Assembly: GCA_965223545.1 (NCBI GenBank)
Contig: OZ245006.1
Coordinates: 6,208,001 to 6,272,000, forward strand
Source: Planctomycetota bacterium
GTDB lineage: Bacteria > Planctomycetota > UBA1135 > UBA2386
Length of the DNA stretch: 64,000 nucleotides
Reading direction: 5' to 3'
Within the stretch, counting starts at the first letter, position 1. Each line of letters begins with the position of its first letter. Positions 9,918-19,486 of the stretch are shown piece after piece. The notes beneath the pieces are model-generated. The model was not told the DNA's origin, searched no databases, and saw only the letters and a program-made list of their open reading frames with translations. A program made the translations under genes and the position numbers.

Positions 9918-11668
9918 GGGTGAAGCGGCAGTTCTGGCGGCACTCCTGGCTCGCCGCTGTCGTCGCGGTGACGGCACCGGTGCCGGCACAGGACCCCCGC
10001 CCCCCGCGGCGGCCGCCGCCACTGGACGAAACCGAGGCGGCGGCGCGCGCGTTGGAGAAGCTGCTCGGCAAGGGTGTGCAGCGAGTGGACGAGAGCAATC
10101 GCGCCGAGCTGCTACCGCAGGGGCCGCCGCCGCGGGCAGTGACCGAAGCGCAGGGTGTGGGTCCGCCGGGTGTCGGTGGACCGCCGCCGTACGGGCCGCC
10201 GGCCGCGGGGCCGCGGGGAGCCCCGCCGCAGGACCCCCGCGCCCCGCCGCGCGCCGAGCCGCTGCGCGAGCCCGAGGCCGCTGCCGAGGCCTTGCGTCAG
10301 TTGTTGCCGCAGGCACAGCCTGTGACCGAGCGGCCGACCGAGCCGCTTCGCCCGACGGGCGATCCTCCGCCCGGTCCGGCGATACCGCCGCCGTTGCCGC
10401 CGCGCGAGGTCCCCGCCGGCGCCGCGGCCGCTCCCGCTCCGCCGGCGCTGGGTGTGCGCGGCACTCTGTCGCTGCGCTACCTCGGGCGCTGGGCCGATGA
10501 CCGCGACCAAGACCTGCGCGGCGTGTTGGCGTTCGACGTGGGTGAGGCCGACGCGCACCCGCTGACGTTCCACTTCGTGGGCCGCGGCCAGCTCGATCTC
10601 GACGGCCGCCAGCAGGCGAACGGGTTCAACGGTCTCGAGGAGTCCTTTGGCCGGGCGCAGACCGGTCGGATCTACGACGCCTATCTCGACGTGCACGCGG
10701 TCGAGGGCCTGGGCATCGCGCGCCTGGGGCGGCAGTCGATCTACGATACTCCCGAGCTCGCGTTCTTCGACGGCGTGCGAGTGCAGAGTGAGGAGCTCGG
10801 CACGCTCCGCGCCTGGGTCGGTGGCTACGGCGGCGTCCCGGTGCACCTGTTCGAGGCGTCGGCGCGCGGCGATTGGCTCGGCGGCGTCTGCGCGGGCGCT
10901 CGCCCATGGCGCGGCGGGCGTGTGCGGCTCGACGGCATGTACGCCCGGGACCGGACCACTGGGGGAACGCTCGACGACGATCTGTGGGCGGTGTCGGTGT
11001 GGCAGTCGATGTCCGACGCAGTGTCTTTGCACGGCAGTCACTCGTGGCTCGGCGGGGCGGCCCGAGACCTGCGCTTGACGCTGGACGCGGCCGCGTCCGA
11101 GGGGCTCGACGTGCGCGCCCGATACTTCGAGCTGTTGCGCACGCAACACTGGCGTGCCCTCGAGTTCGACCCGTTCTCCAGCGCGACGATCGCCTACCGG
11201 CCCTACCGGCAGCTCGACCTGTCGGTGGCGCAGGCGCTGGGCGAGGTCGCCGAGGTCGCGGTCGGTTACGACCTGCGGCGGCTGGCGGATCGCAGCGCGG
11301 AGGCGGCGTTCAACCGTGAGTTCGACCGCGCCTACGCGACGTTGGCGATCGACGGAGTGGGCGGGATGGACTTCGGTGGCGACGTCACCGCCGAGCATTG
11401 GGACAGCTCGGGCGAGGACGTGTTCGCCATCGACGCTTCGGTGCGCGCCGCGTTGTCGGCGCAGTGGCGTGCGACGGTGGGGACCGCGTACTGGCACTAC
11501 AAGATGGACCACCTGCGCGGTCGCGAGCAGGAACGCGTCCGCGCGTACTTCTTGCGCTTCGACGGCCGCCTTGGCGATCGCTTGCGCTTCGACTTGGACT
11601 ACTCCTACGAGGATGGCGAGTTCGACCGCTACCACTCGCTGCGAGGAGGCTTGACATGGCAGTTCTGA
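9914..11668 (+). CDS. Outer-membrane beta-barrel (putative cytochrome-associated porin) with Pro-rich N-terminal region
   Basis: GTG start overlaps upstream TGA; signal peptide ending VPA-Q; Pro-rich stretch; amphipathic beta strands; C-terminal GGLTWQF beta-signal. Confidence 0.8.
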   Translation: MRVKRQFWRHSWLAAVVAVTAPVPAQDPRPPRRPPPLDETEAAARALEKLLGKGVQRVDESNRAELLPQGPPPRAVTEAQGVGPPGVGGPPPYGPPAAGPRGAPPQDPRAPPRAEPLREPEAAAEALRQLLPQAQPVTERPTEPLRPTGDPPPGPAIPPPLPPREVPAGAAAAPAPPALGVRGTLSLRYLGRWADDRDQDLRGVLAFDVGEADAHPLTFHFVGRGQLDLDGRQQANGFNGLEESFGRAQTGRIYDAYLDVHAVEGLGIARLGRQSIYDTPELAFFDGVRVQSEELGTLRAWVGGYGGVPVHLFEASARGDWLGGVCAGARPWRGGRVRLDGMYARDRTTGGTLDDDLWAVSVWQSMSDAVSLHGSHSWLGGAARDLRLTLDAAASEGLDVRARYFELLRTQHWRALEFDPFSSATIAYRPYRQLDLSVAQALGEVAEVAVGYDLRRLADRSAEAAFNREFDRAYATLAIDGVGGMDFGGDVTAEHWDSSGEDVFAIDASVRAALSAQWRATVGTAYWHYKMDHLRGREQERVRAYFLRFDGRLGDRLRFDLDYSYEDGEFDRYHSLRGGLTWQF

Positions 11669-12666
11669 AGCGTCGCGGGGCGCGCTGGTGGCTTGTTCTC
11701 GGGCTCCTGGTCGGCACCGCCGCGTGTTTCGTCGCCGGGTGGCGCGGACGGGAAGAGCCGCGGTTCTCCCACGCGGTGCACGGCGAGGACCAGGGCCTGA
11801 CCTGTGTGCAGTGCCATTCCGGCGCGCGCTTGGCCGCGGGCGCCGGAATGCCGGGGCCGCAGCTGTGCCAACCCTGCCACGAGCGCTTCGATGCGGACAA
11901 GCCGCCGGATCGCCGCCTGGCGGCGTACTTCGACGCCAGCGGCCGGTTTCTTCGCACGCCCCGGTCGCCGCTGTCGGTCGAGGTGGCGTTCTCGCACGCG
12001 GCGCACGCGCTGCGGGATGTCGGCTGCCGCGACTGCCACGCGGACCTGGACGGCGGCGCCGCGGTGCCGCCGACTCCGGCGGCGCGCAAGGATCAGTGCA
12101 TGCAGTGCCACCAGCGTGCCGGCAGGAGCAACGAGTGCGCCGAGTGCCACCGCGAGGTCGACCGCGACTGGGTGCCCGCGACGCATTCGCTGCAGTGGGA
12201 GCACCGGCACGGCGACTGGCTGCGCGCCGATCCGGGTGGATTGGCCGCGCGGTGCGACCTCTGCCACCAGCAGTCCAGCTGTCAGACGTGCCACCGCGAG
12301 CAGCTGCCCCGCGACCACACGCACCATTGGCGGCGGCGTGGTCACGGCTTGGCGGCGTCGATCGACCGCAGTCGCTGCAGTACCTGCCACCGCTCGGACG
12401 CGTGCGATCGCTGCCACGAGTCGACGCGGCCGATGAGCCACGGCGGCACCTTCGGCGCGCCGCGCAGCAGACACTGCACTTCGTGCCATCTGCCGGTCTC
12501 CGCCACCGGCTGCTTCACCTGCCACAAGCACACGCCGAGCCACACGCTGGCGGCGCCGTTGCCGCCCGGCCACTCGCCGGCAATGAACTGCCGCCAGTGC
12601 CATGGCGCCGGTGCGTCGATGCCACACCCCGACGGAGGTCACGCATGCACGGCCTGCCATCGATGA
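11656..12666 (+). CDS. 13-heme c-type cytochrome (c3/c7-like N-terminal part)
   Basis: ATG 11656 preceded by GAGGAGG; N-terminal hydrophobic helix; FSHAVH and FSHAAH motifs; 13 CxxCH counted in 336 aa. Confidence 0.9.
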   Translation: MAVLKRRGARWWLVLGLLVGTAACFVAGWRGREEPRFSHAVHGEDQGLTCVQCHSGARLAAGAGMPGPQLCQPCHERFDADKPPDRRLAAYFDASGRFLRTPRSPLSVEVAFSHAAHALRDVGCRDCHADLDGGAAVPPTPAARKDQCMQCHQRAGRSNECAECHREVDRDWVPATHSLQWEHRHGDWLRADPGGLAARCDLCHQQSSCQTCHREQLPRDHTHHWRRRGHGLAASIDRSRCSTCHRSDACDRCHESTRPMSHGGTFGAPRSRHCTSCHLPVSATGCFTCHKHTPSHTLAAPLPPGHSPAMNCRQCHGAGASMPHPDGGHACTACHR

Positions 12667-15464
12667 AACTACAGCTCGCGACCATCGTCTTGGCCGGATG
12701 TGGCCTCGGTTGTGATGGCGACCGCGGTCCACCGGGCGTGTCCGGTCCGAGCGGAAGCCCGCGTCCGCAGGGGCTGGTCGTGCGCATCGATCGGCTGGGC
12801 GGCGCGACCGGAGGCGACGGCTCGTTCCGCGTCGGCGATCGCGTGGTCGTCGAGTTCACCGTCACCGATGGCAATGGCCAGCCACTGTCGATGGCGGACT
12901 TGGCGCACGGCGCGGCGATGCTCTCGGGCCCGACCTTCAACTACCAGCGCGTGCTGGGGCGCAGCGGCGACGTTCGCGCGACGGCGACGGCACTGGGGGC
13001 GGGCGCGTTCCGCTATCGCTTTGCGGCTGGAATTCCCGCCACCTACCTGCCGCCCCTCAACGACAGTGCGCGGTTCACCATCGGGGAGTTGCGCGGCCAG
13101 CCGCTGTTGGCCGGCACCTACACCGTGGGACTCGTGCTGGCGCGCGACGAGGACGACGGAGGGCAAGTCGTCCGCACGGCGATCAACGCGACCGCGGACC
13201 TGCGCTTCGGCGGCGCCGCGGCGATCGAGCCGCGCGACGTGGCCTCCGCTGCCAGCTGCCGCCAATGCCACGGCAGCCTGCGCGCGCACGGCGAGAGCCA
13301 CGCTTCGCTGACGAGCTGTCTGTTGTGCCACACGGCCGGTGCCGAGGACCACGCCGACCCGGCCATCGCCGGCGGCACCCCCGACGTCACCATCGACCTC
13401 GACGTACTGATCCACAAGATCCACGCCGGGCGGCATCTGCCGTCAGTGGCGGGCGTCGGCACCGCGGCCGACGGCAGTCGCACCTACGGGCCGGGGCGGC
13501 CCTATCGCGTGGTCGGTGCGGGCGGCGTCGTGCACGACTATTCGGCGATCGGCAATCCCGTCTGGCCGGCCGCCGCAGCACCGATGCCGCGCGATGTCGG
13601 TTGGGCATCGCTGGGCGCCGCCGAGCGCGCGGCAGAGGACGCCGTCCGCAGCGGGCCGGTGGATTGCGCGGCGTGCCACGGCGACCCGGACGGCGCGGGG
13701 CCCGCGCCGGCGCCACGCCAGGCGGCGTTGATCTACGCCCAGCCTTCGCGCATGGCGTGTGGCTCCTGCCACGACGACTGGGCGTTCGACGCACCCTACA
13801 CCGCGAACCGGCAGACGATGCCACCGCAAACCGACGACGCGACGTGTATCCAGTGCCACAAGCCAGCCGGGGGACCGCTCGACGTCGCCGACGCGCACCG
13901 CCACCCGCTGTCGGACCCCGCGGTCGTGGCCGGCGTTCGCTTGGAGTTGACCGCGGCGCGGCCGGCGGGAGCACACAATGGCGACGCGAGCCTCGACCTC
14001 GGCGAGGGCATCGAGATCGAGTTCCACCTGCGCGACGCGAACGGGCGCGATCTGGATCCGGCCTTGCTGGACGACATGGACGTGGTGCTGACGGGTCCGT
14101 CCCACAACCCGAACCTGGTGCTGGCCTCGGAGATCCCGATCGCCGCCTTGACGTCGGGCTCCGCGCAACGCATCCAGGTGCCCGAACGGATCGCGCTCGA
14201 GCGCGTTGGACAGGCGACCGCGACGCCAGGGGAGACCTTCGTCACCGCTCGTAGCCCCCATTGGCACGTGGTGGGTGGCGAGACGAGGGTCTGGGCGACC
14301 CGCGCGCTCGGCCCGGCCTCCGCGTTGGCGGGGCCGGCGCCGGTGGGGCAGAACTACGTCGACCTCGTCGCCGGGGGCGGTGCGGCGTTCGGGCGGGACG
14401 ACTGGGTCGTCTTGGATGCCGGTACGGTTGCCGCCGAATACCGCATCGTGCAGTGGGTCGATGGCGACCGGCTTTGGTTCTCGTCGCCGGCGACCCCGCA
14501 GTACCCCGCGGCGCTCCAGGTGGCGCACGCGCCGTCGGCGCCGATCGCCGTCGCATCGGTCACCTTGTTGCAGGCCGGGGTCGACTACTCGTTGGATCCA
14601 AGCAGGGGAGCGATCACCGAGCTCCGTGAGTTCGGCGCCGGGAGCGACGTGTTGGCGTCGTACACCACGGACTTCGTCATGCCGCCGGCATACGGGCCGA
14701 CGTGGCATGACTCGCCGGCGTTCGGCGAGAGCGCCGGTGAGTGGTCGGGCAAGCCGATCGTCGCGGGCACGTACGGGTTGGCGTTGTCGGCTTCCCGCGG
14801 CGTCACCGTCGATGTGCTGGGCGAGGCCTCGCCGTACACCGACGCGGCGCCGGCTGCCGTGGTCGATCTGCCGGTCGGCGGGGTCGGTCCGCTGCTGCCC
14901 CGCGCCGTGCTGGAGTCGGTGCAGGTGTGCGGGCGCTGCCACGGCGAGGTGACCGGCCACGGCGGCGCGCGGCGGGGGGTGGCCGGCTGCATCACCTGCC
15001 ACGCGGCCGGCGGTGCCGAGGACCTCGCGCGCTACGTCGCCGCCAATGCTCCGGCCAATCAGGTCACCGTCGATTTCCGCGCGCTGATGCACCGCGTGCA
15101 CGCCGGCGCCGGCCTGCAGGGCAGCCCCGGCCCCGTGGTCGGCGCCGGAAGTGCTCCCTACCCCGACAACTTCACCCTGCGCAGCTTCGCCGGTGTCGTC
15201 TTCCCTTGGCATGCCGGCGTCGCCGACTGCCGCGTGTGCCACGGCGATGCGCCGGCCTGGCAGGTGCCGTTGGGCCGTGACCATCCCACCGCGCAGGGGA
15301 CGGCGGTGGGGGCTTGGCGCGTCGTCTGTGCCTCGTGCCACGATGGGCGGGCCGCCACCGGGCACATCGCCGCCAACACAGCGGTCACCACCGGAGTCGA
15401 GACCTGTGCCCAGTGCCACGGTCCCGGCCGCGTCCACGCCGTCGAGGCCGTGCACCGGCGGTAA
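12663..15464 (+). CDS. OmcA/MtrC-like decaheme c-type cytochrome lipoprotein (copy 2)
   Basis: ATGA overlap with upstream gene; MKLQLATIVLAGCGLGC lipoprotein signal; 10 CxxCH; collinear with copy 1 (HKIHAGRHLPSV, CAACHGDPDG, QNYVD, DRLWF). Confidence 0.88.
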   Translation: MKLQLATIVLAGCGLGCDGDRGPPGVSGPSGSPRPQGLVVRIDRLGGATGGDGSFRVGDRVVVEFTVTDGNGQPLSMADLAHGAAMLSGPTFNYQRVLGRSGDVRATATALGAGAFRYRFAAGIPATYLPPLNDSARFTIGELRGQPLLAGTYTVGLVLARDEDDGGQVVRTAINATADLRFGGAAAIEPRDVASAASCRQCHGSLRAHGESHASLTSCLLCHTAGAEDHADPAIAGGTPDVTIDLDVLIHKIHAGRHLPSVAGVGTAADGSRTYGPGRPYRVVGAGGVVHDYSAIGNPVWPAAAAPMPRDVGWASLGAAERAAEDAVRSGPVDCAACHGDPDGAGPAPAPRQAALIYAQPSRMACGSCHDDWAFDAPYTANRQTMPPQTDDATCIQCHKPAGGPLDVADAHRHPLSDPAVVAGVRLELTAARPAGAHNGDASLDLGEGIEIEFHLRDANGRDLDPALLDDMDVVLTGPSHNPNLVLASEIPIAALTSGSAQRIQVPERIALERVGQATATPGETFVTARSPHWHVVGGETRVWATRALGPASALAGPAPVGQNYVDLVAGGGAAFGRDDWVVLDAGTVAAEYRIVQWVDGDRLWFSSPATPQYPAALQVAHAPSAPIAVASVTLLQAGVDYSLDPSRGAITELREFGAGSDVLASYTTDFVMPPAYGPTWHDSPAFGESAGEWSGKPIVAGTYGLALSASRGVTVDVLGEASPYTDAAPAAVVDLPVGGVGPLLPRAVLESVQVCGRCHGEVTGHGGARRGVAGCITCHAAGGAEDLARYVAANAPANQVTVDFRALMHRVHAGAGLQGSPGPVVGAGSAPYPDNFTLRSFAGVVFPWHAGVADCRVCHGDAPAWQVPLGRDHPTAQGTAVGAWRVVCASCHDGRAATGHIAANTAVTTGVETCAQCHGPGRVHAVEAVHRR

Positions 15465-15547
15465 GCCTCCGGCGCCGCGATTCGTCGAGCTGCGACAGCA
15501 TTCTCGAGGCGACGTCGCTGCCATGGCAACGGCGCCGCGGCGCCGGA
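15464..15547 (+). repeat. ~90-bp structured intergenic repeat, subtype A
   Basis: 12-bp terminal inverted repeat TCCGGCGCCGCG; closely similar to 47851-47940. Confidence 0.8.
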
Positions 15548-17248
15548 TCAGTACCAGTAGTAGTGGAAGTCGTAGTCGAGCTCGACCTGCGCACCCGGCT
15601 GCAGCTCGACGTCCCAATCGATGCGCGCGATGCCGTTGACGTGGTGCCACCACCAGGGCCAGGGATACCCGCGCCACCAGCTGGCGGCGCCGGTCTCGCC
15701 GGGCGGGGTCTCGAACACGTGGCGTGCGCTGATCGCCCCATCGCCACTCGCGCGGTCGGCGTAGCCGAGGACGTGGCGCCGCACTTCGACGGTCACCGGC
15801 TCGCTCGAGTGGCTGGTCAGCACCAGCCGGCCGTGCACGTCGATGCGCAGGTAGTCGTGGTCGGCGAACCGCTTCTCGCGCGCCGTCCGCTTGGTCTCGC
15901 CCTCGTGCTTGGCGACCGCGATGTTGACTGCGGTGGTGATCGTCAGGTCGGAGCGGCCACCGATGGGGGTGTAGGTCATCATGCTCTGCGCCAGCACGCG
16001 GCCGTCGGCACCGAGCAGCAACGCCGGTGCAGTCGTCAGCGGCGCCGCGCTGGTGTTGTGCAGGCGGACCGCGTGCATTGCCTTGGGCGCGTGCTGCAGC
16101 GCGACCAGGTTGGAAAGGCGCCGCTGGTCCAGCTGTTGCCACACTTGGGGTGGTGGCGTGATCGGCACATCGAGGCGGTAGACGTCGCGATACGGGATCT
16201 CGAACGAGGTCAGCGGCACGACCATGCGCTCGCCCTCTCGCAGGGTCACCCCGTCGACGGTGAATACGAAGAGGTCTTCGGCGGCGCTGTCGGTGGCCAG
16301 CGATGTCGTGTCTTCGGCCGCCGCCGCACGCTGTACCGTCGAGGGCTGCTGGGTCATGATGGCGTTGCTGAACGCGTAGGCCGTCTGCGAGTCTTGGCGG
16401 AAGTGCGACGACAGCGCTGCCGCGGTCTCTTGCAGCGCCATGGGGTCCAGGGTGTCGGCGAAGCGAAACTGAGGCACGCCGATGACCAGGTTCGCGGTCG
16501 CGTCTTCGAGGTCGGCGAGCTCGTTGACCAAGGTCGCCTGCAGCGCGACGCGCGCTTTGCCGTCGTCACCCAGCTCGACGCGGTAGCTCGGAATCCACCG
16601 CAGGCCCTTCTGCACGTATGCCATGCCGACCTCTGCTTCGGCGGCGGGTGCGCCGTCCCAGTCTAGGCGCAGCTCGAGCCGGCCGCGCACCTCCTCCACG
16701 GCTTCGGTTGCCTCGTAGTCACCCCGGAAGGTGAGCTGCCGGATCTGGTCGATGCGCGCGACACGCACGCCGTCGGCGGTGCGGAGCAGCACGATCTCTC
16801 CCGGCTGCGAGGGCTCGGTGCGGGTCGCGGGGCCGCGGGGGATTGCCTCGATGCGTGCCGCGTAGCGCTCGCCGTTGTCGTTGACGATGACCTCGGCGCC
16901 GACGTTGGCCTCGATGAGGGCGCGCACGCCAACGGCGGGTCTTCGCGTTGGTTCGACCCGTTTGCCGGCGACCACCGCGGCCAAGCGCGCGCCGCCCGCC
17001 GCGAATGGCCACAGCGTGCCCATGAGTGGCTGTGGCAGCTCTTCGAGGACCGCGTGGCCGCGCGCGTCGACCGCGGCGCGGCCGCGGCGGACGACGAACG
17101 AGTGGCCGTCCTTGAAGACGGTGACCTCGGTGATCGGCAGCTTCGACGCCGGGGTCGGGGGCTGCGCGGGGAGGGCGTTGGCCAAAACGAGACCGAACGC
17201 GATGCGACGGAGTGAGCAGAAGAGTGCGAGGATCGAGTGGTTTTGCAT
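15548..17248 (-). CDS. Secreted DUF4139/DUF4140-like protein
   Basis: Signal peptide; ITEVTVFKDGHSFVVR, GLRWIPSYRVEL, LQATLVNEL, C-terminal VELQPGAQVELDYDF pattern. Confidence 0.75.
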   Translation of the reverse strand: MQNHSILALFCSLRRIAFGLVLANALPAQPPTPASKLPITEVTVFKDGHSFVVRRGRAAVDARGHAVLEELPQPLMGTLWPFAAGGARLAAVVAGKRVEPTRRPAVGVRALIEANVGAEVIVNDNGERYAARIEAIPRGPATRTEPSQPGEIVLLRTADGVRVARIDQIRQLTFRGDYEATEAVEEVRGRLELRLDWDGAPAAEAEVGMAYVQKGLRWIPSYRVELGDDGKARVALQATLVNELADLEDATANLVIGVPQFRFADTLDPMALQETAAALSSHFRQDSQTAYAFSNAIMTQQPSTVQRAAAAEDTTSLATDSAAEDLFVFTVDGVTLREGERMVVPLTSFEIPYRDVYRLDVPITPPPQVWQQLDQRRLSNLVALQHAPKAMHAVRLHNTSAAPLTTAPALLLGADGRVLAQSMMTYTPIGGRSDLTITTAVNIAVAKHEGETKRTAREKRFADHDYLRIDVHGRLVLTSHSSEPVTVEVRRHVLGYADRASGDGAISARHVFETPPGETGAASWWRGYPWPWWWHHVNGIARIDWDVELQPGAQVELDYDFHYYWY

Positions 17249-17458
17249 GATTGGCGTGTTGGATCGCCCCGCTAGACGGCTCGAGTGGCGGTCGGCTTCG
17301 TCACGCGCAGGTAACGAGCTGCCCCGCGCGCCTCGCCGCGCGGCGGCCGGGGGATTCCTCCCCGCCATGGCACCGCGCCTCGCACCTCACGCCAAAACCT
17401 GCCATGATTCGGGAGACGGAATCCCCTTCGTCTGTTTTCTACGAACCCAAGGACCGGC

Positions 17459-18607
17459 ATGAACAGATACGTCCTCCCGGCGGCGTTGGCACTCGCCATC
17501 GCGCCACCCCTGCTCGCGCAGGACGAGGCGGCTGCCAAGCTGAAAGCGATGCAGGCGTCGTTCGACGCGGCCGTCGCCGCCTACTCCAAGGCGGCGCGCG
17601 AGCTGGCGCAGACGGAAGCCTACAAGCAGGCAGTTGCCGAGCGCGATCGCGACAAGATCACCGAGTTGCGCGCATCCATCGATCCGATCGACTTCGACGG
17701 CTTCATCGAGAAGTTCCAGGCGGCCGCCACCGAGCACGCCGGCACCGACGATGCGGTCGGCTTTCTGGTGTGGATCACCAAGAACGGTGGTCGGAGCAAC
17801 CCGGAAGCCGCCGTCGCCGCGACCAAGACCCTGCTCGCCGATCACGGCGAGAACGAGCAGCTGATCCAGCTGGTCGAGAACCCGTACATGCTTGCTTCGG
17901 TGGCGCGCGACGACGCGGCCGCGCTGTTGACGCAGCTCGCCGACGCCACGCCGCACGACACCGTGCTCGCGCACGCGCTCTACGCGCGCGCCACGCTCGC
18001 CCAGCGCGACCGCAACGCGAGCGAAGAAGACCAGCAGCGCGCCGCGACCGACTTGGTCCGCGCCCGCGAGCTGGCCGAGGGCACGTTGCTGGCAGACCGC
18101 ATCGATGCGCCGGAGTTCGAGGCCAACAACCTGCAGATCGGCATGGAGGCGCCGGACATCGTCGGTCACGACATCGACGGCGTGCCGTTCAAGCTGTCCG
18201 ACTACCGCGGCAAGGTCGTGGTGCTCGACTTCTGGGGCGATTGGTGAGGCCCTTGCCGGGCCATGTACCCCCACGAGCGGTCGCTCGTGAAGCGTTTGAA
18301 GAACAAGCCGTTCGCGTTGATCGGCGTCAACAGTGACAAGGACAAGGCCGTGCTCAAGGAGCGCATCCGCGAGGAGAACATCACCTGGCGCAGCTTCTGG
18401 AACGGCCCACTCGGCACCAGCGGACCGATCTCCACCAAGTGGAACGTCCGTGGTTGGCCGACCATCTACATCATCGATGAGAAGGGTGTCATCCGCTACA
18501 AGAACAAGCGTGGCCGTGCCATGGACGAGGCGGTCAACGAGCTTCTGGTGGCGATGGACGTCGACCTTGGCGAGCACCTCTACAGCGAAGAGGACGCCGG
18601 CAACTGA
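17459..18607 (+). CDS. Exported TlpA/redoxin-family disulfide reductase, putative selenoprotein (in-frame TGA 18245-18247, U-G-P-C)
   Basis: ORFs 17459-18247 and 18263-18607 are in frame; read-through gives KVVVLDFWGDW-U-GPCRAMYPHE, with TGA at the first Cys position of CxxC; cis-Pro motif WPTIY follows. Confidence 0.88.
18248..18289 (+). promoter_or_regulatory. Candidate SECIS element
   Basis: GGCCC-TTGCC-GGGCC hairpin then CACGAGC-GGTC-GCTCGTG hairpin; GGTC loop begins 31 nt after TGA. Confidence 0.7.
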
Positions 18608-18677
18608 CGCCGGCTGCTCGACGGCGAGGCAGCGCGGGGTGCCGTTGAGGCGGTGATCCCGCGCGCCGCGCTCGCGT

Positions 18678-19454
18678 TCACCAGCGGGCGCCCACCGAGA
18701 CAAAGCCGCCGTCGAAGCGGAACTCGGTCTCGCCGACGACCGTTCCGTTGACGACGTCCGACTCGTCGTAAGTCGTCGAGCGGTGCAGATAGCCCACACC
18801 CAACAGCAGGCTGCCGAAGCGGTAGCGCACACCGATCTCCGCGCCGAGCAGCGTGGCATCGGTGGAACGGGACGCAATGGCGTCGCCGTCGACCTCGGCG
18901 GCCGTGATCCCGGCCTGCAGTCGGCCGTAGATCGATAGCAGCTGCTTGTCATCACCGAACACGTGGACCTCGGGTTCGATCTCGACTTGGCCGCCGAGGC
19001 CGAAGTAGTCGAGCGAAATACCGTCGATCTCCTGTGTGTGGGTTTGCGCCACCGGGCCGAGCCGGATCGGCATGCGGAACGCGTCTCCCCCGGTCCGCAC
19101 GCTCAGGTGTGGAAACAGCTCCACCGCCGCCGCGCTGGAGTCGGAGCCCGGTAGAGTGTCGGCGAACAGCTCGTCGTCGGTGGCGTAGGCGTCGACGCGG
19201 AGCCCACCGCCGAGGGACTCGCGCATCCCCTCGAACTCGACGCCGACCAGGCCCGCATTGGTCTCACCAGTGAGGCTGGCTCCAGCAATGGTCTCGACGT
19301 CGCTGTTGCCGGCGCCGAGCCGGGCGCTGGCGTGGAAGTGGGGTTCGTCGTGGGGCAAGCGCTGTGGGCCGCCGGCCCGGTAGGGGTGCGGCGCGCTGCA
19401 AGCGGGAGCGATCGACAAGAACATGCACAACAGGACGGAGTCGTGGCGCGGCAC
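18678..19454 (-). CDS. Small outer-membrane beta-barrel protein
   Basis: Probable GTG start at 19454; amphipathic beta strands; C-terminal FVSVGARW. Confidence 0.7.
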   Translation of the reverse strand: MPRHDSVLLCMFLSIAPACSAPHPYRAGGPQRLPHDEPHFHASARLGAGNSDVETIAGASLTGETNAGLVGVEFEGMRESLGGGLRVDAYATDDELFADTLPGSDSSAAAVELFPHLSVRTGGDAFRMPIRLGPVAQTHTQEIDGISLDYFGLGGQVEIEPEVHVFGDDKQLLSIYGRLQAGITAAEVDGDAIASRSTDATLLGAEIGVRYRFGSLLLGVGYLHRSTTYDESDVVNGTVVGETEFRFDGGFVSVGARW

Positions 19455-19486
19455 ACCGGGATGATAGCCGGTCTCGCTGTGCCGGC

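Noticed and set aside
11688..12662. 1258 aa version of decaheme copy 2 (and 1167 aa version of copy 1)
   Set aside because: The upstream extensions overlap other genes; lipoprotein signals place the starts at 12663 and 7280.
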